Origin: Calcarisporiella thermophila CBS 279.70
Taxonomy: Eukaryota; Fungi; Calcarisporiellomycota
Assembly (NCBI RefSeq): GCF_041956535.1
Contig: NW_027192191.1
Coordinates: 721,328 to 785,327, forward strand
Direction of reading: 5' to 3'
Length of the DNA stretch: 64,000 nt
This document shows, one piece after another, positions 24,301-38,169 of this stretch (position 1 is the stretch's first letter; the number at the start of each line of letters is the position of its first letter). The notes under the pieces were generated by a model. That model was not told the DNA's origin. It searched no databases and was given only the letters and a program-made list of their open reading frames with translations. Both the position numbers and the translations under genes were made by a program.

Positions 24301-27300
24301 GCTCATACCTCTGGCCCGAATGGCTCGGCTCGTAACAAGTCGCGTCCTCCCTCGCGTGTCCCTGGTATATCGAAACCATCGCGGCCCGAGTACTTCCTCA
24401 AGAAGCTTGTGCAGAATAAACTTGCCCTTCAAGCAAAAACTGAAATGAACCGAGATGGAGAAGCGGTCCAGGAGCTCTCACCTGATCCTAGGGGACTATC
24501 AATGAAGACTCCACTTGCATCCTCAGCGTCCACTAGAAGCCCTGCCTCGACATCGACAAAATTACGTCCCACTAATAGATTTGCAAGGGCAGGAAGTATA
24601 TCTGCTGCCAATCCGAAATCATTCTCTAGATTGAATTTTAACGACTGGGTCCACAACGCCGACATTGCCACCGATGCTCTGATCGATGCACTGGAAGCCA
24701 ATTGCATCACCTCTCCGCCCCTTTTCGCAAACTCGTCAGCCGAAGAGAAATATGTGCAGTACCAAGTCGCCTTAAGGCAGGCATTGAACAAAGCGTACGA
24801 AAATGGGATTCTTGTCCCTAGCACAGAGGTGGTGATACCGCCTCTTTCGCAAGAGGAAATCATTCTCATCTATACTGCCTCCGGCCAGGACAAGGCACAC
24901 GTACAAGGCATTCCAAAAAGGCAGAACGCAAGGATATTTCTTCGGCTTGTTAGTTTCGACCGGAATGTCGAGCATGAAGGGCAATTCGACTCTTTGTTAC
25001 AGACAGACATTACTCAAATCCCAGTGCGAGAGTTGATGCTCCGGTCCTCACTGTGTCGTTCTATCATGGATATCGGGCAAAAGAACATCAATTTCGGTGT
25101 GCTCGACAAGGGCGAGAAACGTACCAAAACCATTGTTATTCAGAATCGTAGTGAGGTGCCACTTCTCTACGCTATTCGTAAATCAGGTTCAATTGCATCG
25201 GGCGGTATATCCATTGGGTCGGGTGCATATGGTGTAGTACGAGGGTACGGTAAGAAGGAGGTCGAGTTCTCCTTCAGGCCAAGTCTTGCCGGTCCTGTGC
25301 ACGAGCGTCTTGTTATTGAGAATATTTACGATCGGGAGACTAGCCAGATAGTTTCGGTCAAATCCCAGGTCCGAAAACAATGCCACTTTTTCATCAAGTC
25401 ACTTGAGCTCGATTTTGGTCCGTGTGCCGTTGAACAACCGTCCCGCCGCAATCAGCAACTTGTCATCACCAACACGGACCGCCAGGCACGGACTATTGTG
25501 GTGCGTGTTGATCCGGAGGAGTTGAAGTTTGAACGGTGCTTCGGAGAATTGGATTTCACCTTAATGGAGTCACAAGAGTCGCATATAGAGCTAAGCAAAG
25601 AGGCAGAAGAGGAGATAGAGAGCATCGAGCAGAAACTGAAAATTGCTAAGCGCAAAGGCCGCGAGGACAAAGTGAAGAAGCTGCTGAAAAAACTAGAGAA
25701 ACTAAAGCGAGGTGTATCCGCAGAAGAAGAGGCCGAAGATCCAAATGCCCCAATCGCTAGCGAGTCCTCGAATGACACCCATGCAATGACGGGGAATACT
25801 GTGGGGTCCACCTCTGCTGAGACAAGAAAGGGCCAGTCTCCTGAGCTTCCTCCTGAGTCACCGGCTCACCCAGATCCATCGATGACGCCCGCGCAGCCCC
25901 CCGCATCCGCCGCAGCATCTTACAAAATCAGAAAGACGCCCAACGAGCTCACATTTGTCTTAGAGCCACGCGCCACTCGCACCGTTACAATCTGTTTCCG
26001 CTCTCGGCTTCGCCTTGATAATATCAATGACAACTCCCCCACTTTGCGTGAGATAATCAAGGGCCGGATTTTTGTTCATGAGCATAAGAATACGGATGCA
26101 ATTAAGAAGGTGGTTTTCCAGGCGATCGTTTGCTATGACCATGAGACCTATAAAAAGGCCCTTGTTGAGGCCATGGGCCCAGCAGGCTATGACTCCTTAC
26201 CCCAATTGGATGTCGCAACCGATTCATCAAAGCTCCGCCCTGATTCATCAATGAACAAAGTAGAGGAATCACAAGAGCAAATCAGGACCGAGACTGTTGC
26301 CGTCTTGCCTCCAGACCTTGATGTTGGAAGGTTGGGAGCCGAACAAAAGGGAAACTATTATCTTCGGCTGTGCAATCAAACAGATGACAAACTCGACTTC
26401 GAGATCATACCCTCTTCATCCGAATTTTTCCTCTTTAGCTCTCTTGTTGGTTCCCTTGCTCCCCGCGAGGTGCGTCGACTCGATTTCAGCGTTTTATGCT
26501 CCGAAATTGGGCGACACACGCAGCACCTGCTCATACGGGATCTAACCCATGGCACTTCTAATGCGACCTTCCGTTTTCACTGCTTGATCCATCGCGTGCA
26601 ATATTTGAACTTCCCTTCGCTCAATACAAATGGAGAGCTGGACCTTGGCCTTTGTTATGTAGATCCCGGGCGCAAATACTCTCAGGTAACCCCGTTACTT
26701 GTGGAAAATGTATCAGACGAGGATATCTATATCACCTGTCAGAGCAATCTGTCGCAGCAGGTGTGTATCTTTCTGGATGAAACTGGTAAACGGGGGCAAG
26801 TGGTGGATACTTTGCTCAAACGTAAAAGTGTAATGACTGTGTGGGTTGCATTACGTCCGAATTTGCTGGGAGCATATCTCACAGGAACGTCCACAAGCTC
26901 CTCCAATTCGACCTCTACTTCTTCAGGGCTGGCTGCATCCACTCCAACCTTTAACGACAAAGGTGCATCATCGAGCAGCGAGTGTCGCAAACTGGTCGGC
27001 GGAATCAAGTTCTCGGTGTCCGTGGCAGAATCCAGTCTGAAAGCAGCCGATCAACTCCCCTCCTCTTCTATTGGCGAGGAAGAGCACGTCCTCATGACCA
27101 CACATACAGTTAAATTTACCTCACTAATAGGTCAATCTGTCATGTCCGTTTCGACGACAATGATTGATTTGGGAGTGGTATCACGGCTCGGACAAACAGT
27201 ATACAACGTGTTCACAGTATATAACATGTCTTCGCGATTACCCCTTGAGTATGATGTGGAATGCCCAAGTGGAGCCATCTTAGTGGATCGAAAGGATGGA

Positions 27301-30300
27301 GTCTTGCGTGGACGAGATGTTGGGAAGGTGAGAGAGGATGGTAGCCGTCACTCTCCTCTATTCTCGCCACCCTCCGAAAGTGGTCCTGAAGGAGGTGGAG
27401 AGCTCGAAGATTTTGCGGAGGATGTCACCCAAAGCTCCGCATTAGTGAGCTTTCGCTTCAACTGCACACGCTGGGGCCTCTTCCAGGACAAAATTGTGGT
27501 TTCTAACCGCAACAACCGTGACCAGGAGTTTGAGATTGTGGTGATGTTAATGGCTGATCCGGGCATTTTAAATCACATACCCGATTCGATGCGATGGGAT
27601 ATCAGTGATCTTACCCTAACCAAACCCACCAGCGGAGGTACCCCACTGCACGAGATTTGCACAACAAGGGACGAAGGACTGTGTCATTCTGGACGACGAA
27701 ATCTTCCTGAATTGTGCTGGGATAATATACCTCTTCACTTGGAAAAAGCTTCGGTATCCCCTCCCCAGTCAGGGCTGCGGGTGATTTTGGATGAAGCCGA
27801 AATCCCCTCTAATGGTACTCAGGTGGTGCTTGCTGGGTTTGGTGGGGAAATATCAACCATACCTGAGCAATGTATTGAACTCACCAATCTTAGCAAAGAA
27901 TTGGCTCAGATCGTTCCCTATTGCAACGTGGACGTCGGTGTCTCTTGGGAAGAGGGGGCTCCAGTGGAAAATAATGTGATTGGTGACGATGAGAATCCCC
28001 TGACGTCCTTCGGATTCCGTCGGCTGGGTTCATCAATGGACCTGCTACCCAACCAAAAAGTTCATCTCCAAATTGGCTGTCCACTGCCACCCAACCTTAC
28101 TAGTGCCAATATTGAGCAACTACAGAAAGGCGACAAAATATACTGGACTGGAATTCTCGCCCTCTATGACACCATTTCGCGAACGGCTATAAAAGTGTTT
28201 CGGCTCTCAGCCCTACTTGGACAACCGCGAGCCGAACTTGTTAGCAAGAAAATCGAACTTGGCAAGGTTGGGCATTTCAATGGCTGGAGAAACGTAGACT
28301 TTTCATTCAATGTGCGCAATTTGTCTGCGCTGCCGTTCATTTATAACTTGAGGCTGCCGAGCGAAGTGATGGTTCGGAACTCGATTTTGGAGAGTTGGCA
28401 CTCCGTTGCAAATCAGTGGATTATTCCGCCATGGGAAGAACAGACAGTGTACGCTACCTTGCAGCCGCGCAAACTTTCTGATCCCACTCAGCCTGGAGAA
28501 CGAACGCAAATACTGAGTGTGGTTAACGCCCGCGACCCATCTCAAGTGATGGACTTGAAAATTAGACTTCGGCTAACAGTGTTCGAACTAAGTTTCGCCA
28601 ATCTTGAAGAGAATGGTGAGCTGCACCTTCCCCCGCTACAACACCCGCTCCTAGCATCAGCCGTGCCTTGTGACGCCTGGTTTACGGTGATGAACACGAC
28701 TGACGATGATGTTAGGTTTGATATAGGGGCAGAGCTCAACCCAGAAGTGTCAGATTATATCAAGATGGAAGTCCTTTCCCGCTTTTCTAATACCCCACTG
28801 AAAGGTGGCGTCTCGCTCAGCCCCCATGGCAAAATCGAGGTGAGGCTTCGCGTCCACCCAAGGGAAGATTCACGCTTGCCGAAGAATGCGTTCCATCTCA
28901 CTAACCCAGCGGGGATTTATTTTGGCAAGCTTCGTGTATCCACGCGACAATCACCCGCAGATAAACCGTTTTCAGAGCTCCCAGGAGATTCGGAGACACG
29001 ACCTAGCGATATTGTTGATATTCCAATACGGGGAGTACTTATCGAAGGCCCTGTGTTTAGTATCTCGCGGGATCATATCGAATTCCGCAGTGCATGGCTT
29101 GGTCTATCTGACAGTGAACAGAGCGAAGGTGAGGACGAGGGAGGGAAGCATCCAACTAAGAGAAGTCCTCTCATGCCCTCGATGTTGGATCACAAGCAAA
29201 TTGAAACGGTTGTCATTACGAACCACAATCCCAAATTACCGCTTGAGTTTTCAGTGAGCCTGAACGGTCCGATGGAGACCCCCCTCGATGAGTTAATCGA
29301 TATCTCTCCCCTCTCGGAGGAAGGTCGTGGTTTCGTGGAGCCGGGTGGAAAGCTAACACTCTCTGTGCAATTTCTCGACCCCCAGATTGTCATTTCAGAC
29401 AGCATTAAAGTGTGCATCCAGGATATCAATTCCCTCTCTGGACTCAAGCAAGTGTTAACTGTCAACGTCAGCGCCCGCAAGACGACTAACAAGCGCATCG
29501 ATTATGGGCTGGATGGAGGAGATGGCACACAATCTGAGCATGCTAGGCGGAGGTTACACCACGAGGGTGTCAGTACCGCCATGTCTCCTCGCGTTGCCTA
29601 CGAGTGTCCATGTATCACGCTACGTGGATGCAAGCGAATATCGGATGGAGGCTTTGGTGGACGATATGAGCTCGATCTTGGCCAGCAGGATTTGGGGGCA
29701 ACTAATATTGTTAAGAAGTTGACGTTGGAAAACACTTCTAATGAACCTATCTCCTACCGCGTTAAGACTGTGAATGATGCGGATCGCTCATGGCTCAGCA
29801 TCAGCCCTGCCGAGGGTACTCTGGATCCTCCGAGTGAAGCCGCAGACTCCGAGAACGAGGTCGCATGCAACGATGGATACTCGTCGACTCAAACGATTAC
29901 CATTAGCTTCTCTGCCGCAACACGAAACATTTACTCCACCTATTTGCTCATCGAGAGTGTGGATAATCCGGCTGACACTAAGACGGTGCGAGTGACCATG
30001 GAGGTGGTCGCGAGGCAAAATATTCGCCGAGGGATTGCATCGGGCGGATCGGCGGAGAGTAATAGAGTTTTCGATGTGTACGTGAATGGGGTTGACTCGG
30101 AGAAGACGTGCATCGAGATGCTGAGTCTATACTATGGTCACGAATATACCACTCGCAGCATGGTTATCCATAATTATGAACCCATGCCGATGGAGTTTGC
30201 CCTCAAGACGAACTTGTCTCATGACGACCCTACGGAGATCCTGTTTTCCACCTCGCGCACCTCGGCCAAACTATTCAAGACCCTAACAGTCGATGGGTAT

Positions 30301-31718
30301 TCAAGCGCGCGTGTCTACATTCGCTTCAGGCCGTTCCCCTCTGCCGATATTAGGGCAATGCTTGCCAATGGAGAAGCGCGTGATATCGACGCTGTGGAAG
30401 AGAAACGCCTTGAAATATATGTTAATTGTCGGCTCGTAAAGGATTTTCAACAGATTGTATTCCTAAAAGCAGAGTGTCGAATGCCAGCAATGGAAGTGTA
30501 TTGGCTCGAGACGGAGGCCTTTGTTGGTGTGTAATCTTTTTCGGAAGCATTTCTACACCAAACTTCAACCCACTAATATTTACATAACACTTTTCACCTA
30601 GGTACAATTTCAAGATTATTGACTACTGACTCCGAGGAAAGTGACTGGGAGATCCAGTTTTCAGAAAAAGAGCGTCCGCTCATCGTCTGCAATCTCCTGG
30701 ACATACCACTTGAATATGAGATCGTCAATGATACGAGGTATTTCTTAATGGAGCCAACCGATGCCGATAAGACGGTCGAGTCTTTTGGCCGTCGAGAAGT
30801 CAAAGTTTCTCCAAATATAAAAGCTCTATTGAAGAATGCGGATTCTCTATGGAGGGTGAGTTAAACACATGCTTTCATTCATTTAATTTTTATTTTGCTA
30901 ATATAGCTTCGGTCGACTTTTATAATACAGGAAAAATATATCCAAGAAAATGTGACCATCTATAATCGTAAACGACCCCTTGAAAACTATTGGCTACCGC
31001 TTCGTATCAGCTTCGGACAGACTTCCCATTTCCAGATGTCATCCGGCTATAAGAGCTCATACGCATTCAGTATGCTCGAGAATCATGTTGTGTACTTTTT
31101 GGGAGATTTCAACATGAATGCGACCCTATTGCTGACCCAAGAAGACGAGGTACGATAACCCCCTGGACCGAATATATTCAACTATTTCCTGACATAACTA
31201 TCCTTATTTTACGCTGTAGATGACCCAAAAGAAAATTGCTGATTTGGAGTTTCAGTACCATTTCATCGTCGATCAATTGGTCTACTATGGAACCATTAAG
31301 ACTGGCGAGAACTTTATCCAGCTGGCTTGCCTTCTCTTTGGGTATTTATTGCATTAAATCAATTTATATTTAGTCTTGATTCTCAACTGGCTATTTTATT
31401 ATTTAGCTCGGCACTTGGACACGACGTGTTCAAGGAATATGCCCCTTCCTATCTTAAAGCTACCGATACAGACCAGCGTATCTGGCCCCCTGTACTGGCT
31501 AAATGGGTATGTTGAACATTCCGGCACTCCTGCCCCCATGAAAAATACTAACCACAGTTTGGAATTCCTAGGTTTCGCTATTACATTATTTCATTAGCTT
31601 TTTCCCATACGAGAACCCAATTCTTCATACTCTGAAGCGATTGCATGCATCCTTGATTCTGGTTGATGGAGGTTCTGGGAGTGGAGGAAGTTCTCAGCGG
31701 AAGAAGCCTCAAGGGTGA
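21385..31718 (+). CDS. Giant (~3,300 aa) protein with many ASH/PapD-like Ig-fold repeats; function unknown
   Basis: Exon 1 is about 9.1 kb (21385-30526) and is followed by 5 short exons ending at TGA 31716-31718. The motif [LI][DN]FG..x(n)..[IL]xNxS recurs: INFDDC..VWNRS, LDFGDC..LKNVS, VNFGDTDVG..IVNRS, INFGVLDKG..IQNRS, LDLGQQDLG..LENTS. Confidence 0.85.
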
Positions 31719-32504
31719 AGGGAGTTGTGGAGCAGGACTTTGTGTGAAGAACGGGAAGATGCTTTGAACACGGACTTTTCTTATTTTTATTTGTATTTAT
31801 TTAGTGTTAGCTACTTATTCGGGAGAGTTTTGGCTTTCGCACAGGGACAATGCTTTTGTTATCACTATTTTTCTTTATAGGCAAATTTTTAATTGTGCGA
31901 GTCCATATACTTTTGTTGGTAGATTTTTCTTTTTCTTTCTTTCCACTTAATATCGTTATGGAAATTTATAGTCAATTCCTTTAATTTTTTTTCTTGCAAT
32001 TTTTCATCCCAAGTGTTATTTTAAGGCACCTTGTACTAAATTGCTCTCTTTTCCTCCTCGACTTTTCAATCCGACACTTGTGATTTTTAGGTACTCTTTT
32101 TGTAATTAATTTATTTTTTTTTGACCAAGGTAAACCGGCTTTATAAACGAAACTGGAATTGCCATAGAGGTACACACTTTGCTTAATTGGTTGACTCTAT
32201 GACCAAGATTTGCATTCAATGCCTACCCGGAGATATTGCCGGCGGATAATGATTTTACCTGTGTCACTTTTGGTGAGTAGAAACAAATTCACAGTAAACA
32301 GATCATTGCATGTAACTTAAAGTTTAATAGAGACGTTAACTGCCAAAAAGAGACTGCACGAAGGAGATAGACCCGAGCAACCAGGAAAATAATCAAAAAG
32401 AAACCAAACACAATCGATTATCAATAGTTTTTGAATATATATAATGACTAGCGCATCCAAACATAAACTTTCAAAATAACACAACCACTACACTTGGTTA
32501 AGAT

Positions 32505-33893
32505 ATGGGTGAAAACACTCTACGTTCTGGATCGGGTCAATACAATGTCACGATAGGGGTTCAGCAAGAGGCTCCTGCAAATTCAGAGGATATAACTCAT
32601 ATTGGATATCCACCGCCTCACAAATCTATGAGACTTAACAGATGCCACGCCATTCCGCTAATTTCTATAGCTATATCCTACATTTCTTTTATCCTTATTG
32701 GAATTAATGATGCCGGGTTAGGAGTGCTGCTCAAGAATATGAAGCAGCACTATCTGGTCGACGATGCACACATCGCGCTTATTTTTGTATTCAACCTCAT
32801 TGGCTTTCTGATTTCTTCTTTAAGTGCGGGATTTTGTATTCAAAAACTTGGGATTCGGTGGTATCTTGTTGCGGGGCATAGCTTGTTTTTAATTGCCACG
32901 CTGGCAAATGGCTTTGCACCTCCACTTGTCTTGCTTTTATTTATCATGCTAGTTTTGGGTGGATCGATCGCCAGCATCGATGCCGGATTCAACGCGTATA
33001 TTATAGGCTTTAAGAATAGCACGACATTACTTGGATACTTGCACGCATTCTATGGGATAGGTGGGTGGGTGGGACCTGTGGTAACATCTAGTTTGATCGC
33101 ACAGAGACATCTCTTATGGAATCATGTATATTTTCTATGGACAGCGATGTGTGGTGTATCACTGATCCTAATTCTGACACTGTTTCGCGAGCATTCCGAT
33201 TTACAAAATGTCAAAATTAAAGAAACAATTGGGCATCCTCCTTCAGGTGAAATGAGTGTTGGGACTCAAGCTAAACGGAAAATTACTCTCACTATATTTC
33301 GCAACAAATTCGTCTGGTGGAGCTGTATCACTTTTCTTGTTTATATGGGAATCGGCGCAACGATAAGTAATTGGATGTTTTCTTTTTTCGTTGAATCTCG
33401 TTCTTTCACCGAGCTGGTGGCCGGCTGGATGATAAGTATATATTGGATTGGAATGACAGCGGGGCGCATCATAACGGGTCACCTCGCGAACAGATTGGGT
33501 AGAATGCGAAGCATTTTTATCGGATATGCTCTCTGTTACGCCGGCCTTGCAATCGCTTGGGCTATACGGTACGAGGTTGGCTCAGGTGTAGGGATGTTTT
33601 TAGTTGGATTCGGACTTGGACCTGCGTATCCAATAGCCATTTCTGTCATAATCTCTATGCTACCTGAATACCTAAGACCGGGTTCAATCGGATTTCTAAC
33701 CAGCGCTGCCTGCGTGGGTAATGGGCTTCTCTCCTGGCTAGCAGGTTATATATATCAAAATACTGGAAGAGAGTCGTTGATGATATATTTAACCGTTGGA
33801 ACGGGGGTCAGTTTGATGGGATTTATTGGATTGCACCTCTATAAGGTTAGAAGTAAAAGCGCAGAACATATTGAACAGAACTCTACGTCCTAG
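32505..33893 (+). CDS. MFS transporter (FucP/Bsc6-like), intronless
   Basis: 462 aa with about 12 hydrophobic segments. Motifs include GINDAGLGVLL, DAGFNAYI, LHAFYGIG, YWIGMTAGR and GFGLGPAYP. Confidence 0.9.
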   Translation: MGENTLRSGSGQYNVTIGVQQEAPANSEDITHIGYPPPHKSMRLNRCHAIPLISIAISYISFILIGINDAGLGVLLKNMKQHYLVDDAHIALIFVFNLIGFLISSLSAGFCIQKLGIRWYLVAGHSLFLIATLANGFAPPLVLLLFIMLVLGGSIASIDAGFNAYIIGFKNSTTLLGYLHAFYGIGGWVGPVVTSSLIAQRHLLWNHVYFLWTAMCGVSLILILTLFREHSDLQNVKIKETIGHPPSGEMSVGTQAKRKITLTIFRNKFVWWSCITFLVYMGIGATISNWMFSFFVESRSFTELVAGWMISIYWIGMTAGRIITGHLANRLGRMRSIFIGYALCYAGLAIAWAIRYEVGSGVGMFLVGFGLGPAYPIAISVIISMLPEYLRPGSIGFLTSAACVGNGLLSWLAGYIYQNTGRESLMIYLTVGTGVSLMGFIGLHLYKVRSKSAEHIEQNSTS

Positions 33894-34822
33894 ATTCATT
33901 TAGCCACTGCGTTAATTGTAGAATATATATTTTTAAACTTGATTTTACTCAATAAAGGAGAGGGAACTAATGTACATACAAAGCAATAAAAAATCCTAGT
34001 TCCAGATTACCACATTATTCAAGAATACAGGTATATATTTTATAAGCTTTATCTAAACTATATCAACTAAACGATATTTGCATTAGTCAAACTCTCTCTT
34101 TGAATTCATCCAGCTAGAGGCAATGGTATTTTTCGCAAGCTCCACCAAATAATGGGATACCCAATGTTTAAGAAGAACTCTATTGATTATTTTTAAAGCA
34201 TCTTGGCCTTCTTTTGAGTCAACTTTTCTCTAACTTCCCCCAGAAATTTGAAAACACAAAACCATAAACACTAGATACGAACATAAATTTCAATTTAAAC
34301 TTGCCTCAAATCCAGCGCCTCATTCCCAAGAATAGCTGATTCACCTACGAGATATTCCGTTGATAGAAATTTAGACTAACCTTTGGTGTGCATACATTAC
34401 CCCATATCTCACCTACAGTATCATGTTGATGTATAAATTTTGTTCTTTTGAAGAACCCTCCAGTTTTCCATTTTATTTGCAAATATTTGCCCTAAATACA
34501 ATATATTGCCCCGCACTTGTGGTTTTGCAATCTAAAACAAGTAATACGAAATTAAAATAGCTATTCATTGGAATTCGAGGGATACAGCAGAAATTGCTGC
34601 AAGGCCTCGTGAAAAATGCTTTTGTCCATGCGGGGTGATATCCTTCTTTAGGGAATGCAGTAAGCTGTTGGAATTATCCCTATTAAAATAATCGGGGTTC
34701 TAGTAACGGAAGAAAAAAATGACAAAAAAAAATAATCAAAGAGCAAACGCAATAAATGATATTTCAAAATAAAGAAAGAAAAATCTATAAAATATTTCAC
34801 AATAAATATATAAAAAGCTCCA

Positions 34823-35971
34823 CTAAATGGAAGCCGCGCACCCATAATCAAAACGAAGGCGGTGGAAATGCAACGTAGCCAAATAGTGATACTAAAGAAG
34901 AAAATCAATAGAGGAAATTAGCGCGGAACTGAAGAGCGGTCGCCAGGCATACTCACGAAGATTCCCAACATGACAAACACATGCCATATTGCGTGACTTG
35001 TCAACCCTGGGTAATCAAATAGACCAGGCCAGAACTTCTCAGGGAATCGATGTCCGTAAAAGATCACACCAACAATATATGCAATGACACTCCAAAGGAG
35101 CGGTGCGAGGAATTGGAAAGTGGGAGCCCATCCACGAATTGAGGCCATATGGGCGAGCGGTACCAACCCTCCCAAGCCTGCCAAAGAGATGAAAAGAAAA
35201 ATCCGGAAGGGGCGGTATTTGTGTGTATCGAAAAATTTGAAAAACTGGGGGGGGGGAAACATCAAAAGTTAAGATGATCATAAGCAAGCGAGGACTGTAG
35301 ATAAATATGGGCAATAGACTTACCGGAAATACTAAAGTGCTCATCCCAAGAATGGCAGTGAGTCCCATGTAGAAATTGCGAGTTGAGTCCTCGCAATAAA
35401 ACCCATAATAAATTTTGGTCAGAAGACTCGCCGTGATAAGCAATCCTATTCCAACATAATCAAATGTCGCAGCACATTTGGCTACTGCCGGCTTGGAGTG
35501 GCACATCAGAGTATGGTAGAGGGTCGAACATAACAGGCACTTCAATGCAGCAACAAAGAAGAAGGATACCACCAATCTATCCGCAAGCAGAGATCCAGTC
35601 AAATGATGAGGGATTGCATAGATGGCAAGGCCGAGAAAGAAAAAGAATCCTAAGAGATGGGTCCATATATTGCATGTTTCGTTGTGGACCATGAAAATGC
35701 TCTGAAAGCATTCTCGCATTGTCGAAAAATGCCGATAGCCGCGACGCACATACTGGTTCTCCTGCCATTCCCGGGGAAGTTCCTCAAACTTGAGCAGTCG
35801 CCTGGCCGCGCGCTTACCTGCGGTAACCGCATCTCCGACGGTCTTATCAATACAATTAACGAGATTGCTTGCGGCCACAGAGGCCGAGGCAGCTGCGTGT
35901 GCAAAATGGGGATCTAATACGGTGGTAGATGCTCTTCGTTGGTGCAGAGTAGCTGCGGAATTGAACACCAT
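34823..35971 (-). CDS. PAQR / hemolysin-III family receptor (Izh/AdipoR-like)
   Basis: Motifs ELPREWQENQYVRRGYR, HNETCNIWTH, STLYHTLMCHS, FDYVGI, RFPEKFWPGLFD and SHAIWHVFV. Three exons; the last reads YHYLATLHF..CAASI*. Confidence 0.92.
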
Positions 35972-36635
35972 TCTCGACAGAGTAGGGAAATCAGCAATTA
36001 ATTGAGCGGAACTAACAAAACTGGAGCCTGGGGAATTAAAGAGATATCGGAGGAAAATAGGATATCTGAGGAATAATATCAAAAAGGGAGGGGGGTAAGC
36101 AAGCCAAAGCAATGATTGTAAAAAAGGATGGGGGAAGTCTTAACTAAAATTTGAAAGATATGAGAAAAATATTGATCTATTCGATAGAGAAAAAGTGGTA
36201 CCGTCGTACGAAATCTCATAGCCCACTGATATGCTCCTTTGGCTACACACTACAAATTTAGTGGAGTTCCGAATAGACCCCTCCCTTCGGCATGAAAACA
36301 GCCGCAGCCATTTCTCTATGCATATTCTCCTGGTGCACTAGGATTTATCCCCTGCCATATGCGACTGGAAGACTCCGGATGCTGAGAGAAGCTACCATTT
36401 AAGGCTAACGAATAGGATACCCGTCTGTTTCCACAAAACTTTTCCAAAAGTGAAGTGTGCTATTCCTAAGTAGGTGGTGGAGTGCTTGGTTGGGGCACGT
36501 GAGACAAGCCACGGAAGTCACAGCTAGGACGCCCTTCCATTGTGGCGTCTAGTTTACATCTTGTTTAGTGTAATATAAAAAGCCTTTGACAGCTCAGTGG
36601 CATTTTCTTCATACTAGTTTTCGTTTTCTACAAAG

Positions 36636-36951
36636 ATGTCTTCTAAATATAATCTAAAGCACCAAGAAAAAGTCCAGCCCATAGGTAATTTCTGCATCAT
36701 TATCCACCTTTCGCGTCAATTGTTTTAACCTGCTATTCATCTTGAAAGGCCGTGAACCCAATAGTGCCGCCGTCTTTCACGCGGGACCTCGTCATGACGA
36801 GGAAAACACTATGCTAGATCCTTCGCTCAGCCAATTGAACCAGAAGGGCGAAACTTGGCAGGACAGCGGGGTGACCAACCCCCCTGGCGATAATCGTGGA
36901 GTTGTAGGAAAACCGCAGAAAGATTTTGAACAGTCAAAGCAACAGAAATAG
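36636..36951 (+). CDS. Small (83 aa) hydrophilic protein of unknown function
   Basis: A TATATAAA box lies near 36573 and the ATG is at 36636. Intron 36685-36748 (GT..AG) joins in frame to ORF 36742-36951. Confidence 0.65.
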
Positions 36952-37031
36952 AACCACATGCAGACGTTCAGAGCACCAATATATTAGAAATCGTGTAAAG
37001 TTTAACTTGTACAATAATAAATATCTGTTGT

Positions 37032-38169
37032 CTACAACTTGGGCTCGAAATCAAGAAGCTTCACGCCTAACAACATTTCGAGCTTTTCTAGAGCTTCTAA
37101 CTCCCGCCCAAGTGTCACTCCTTTATGCAAGTATAACAATGTCACTATTAATTGAAAATACAGGTTTTTCGAATAAAATTACTCACGAATAGTTTGCATC
37201 CCAAGTTCACGGGCAGCTTTAAGATTCCTATTAACGAAAGTAGAACTATTTAATGCTCATCTATCACTATCATGAATAAAAGGTACCTATTACATTCCGA
37301 TATCATCCAGGAATACCACCTCAGAAGGTAGAAGATTCAGGGCTTTGCATGCGTGTAAATAAAAATCGGGGCTAGGTTTTCTAGAAAAATATTTCACCCG
37401 ATGTTAAATCACATATTTGAAATGTGCAAGGCACCAAGATAGATTTAGTGTATTCGGCATACCTTAATCCAACTACTGAAGATTCGAAGTAGGCATCAAA
37501 ATTTGCTTTCAACGATTTTTCATGCGACACGTTTGTTAGAGGGTAGTTATTGGTTAGGGCGGCAACCTTGAATCCTTTTTCTCTTAGCCTCCTAATAGCA
37601 CTTAAATAACCTGGATTTATCCGTAGAGCCTCCCTCATCATCTGGGTAAATAGCTCCTCTCCGTCAATATGGATTTTTTCAGGAATGGTCACATTTCTAA
37701 GATTCCTTCGCTGAGCGTAAACACGGTAGTAATCCACATTAGCAGGATCAGATAATTCAGCACCAAAGAGAGAATAAAACTCTTCGAGTTGAAGTTCGCC
37801 CCGTTCCAAGCGCTAGTGGATGAGTGAGTCAATCTAAAATGAATTGCTGAAAATAAAAAAAAAAATGTAAATTCATACTTGGAAAGCACCATTTTCGCGC
37901 GAAGCTCTTAAAATTCACAAGAAATAAAACGAATAGGTATGAGAAACAAAGAACAAGAATCAATGATATAAGTATACTGAATCACTTACATCGCGACATT
38001 AATATAATTCTTAGGCAATCCATATTTCGTTTCATATCTTTTATATTAGTCGTTAGCTTTTAAACCTAACCATGCTTATCAAAAGTCATCAAGTATACTT
38101 TGCAATCCCTGTGAACGGCGAGCCACAAACCACGCCTCCAATGTCGAATATAACTGCTTTGATATTCAT
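37032..38169 (-). CDS. HAD-superfamily hydrolase (sEH N-terminal phosphatase / ACAD10 N-domain-like) with a PTS1-like C-terminus
   Basis: Motifs IKAVIFDIGGV, KVAALTNN, FESSVVGLRKPSPDFY and VVFLDDIG.NLKAARELGMQTI. The protein ends ..FEPKL*. Confidence 0.88.

Noticed and set aside
21533-30613. Many 60-190 aa ORFs nested in the giant gene
   Set aside because: They are shadow frames of a long coding exon and carry no independent motifs.
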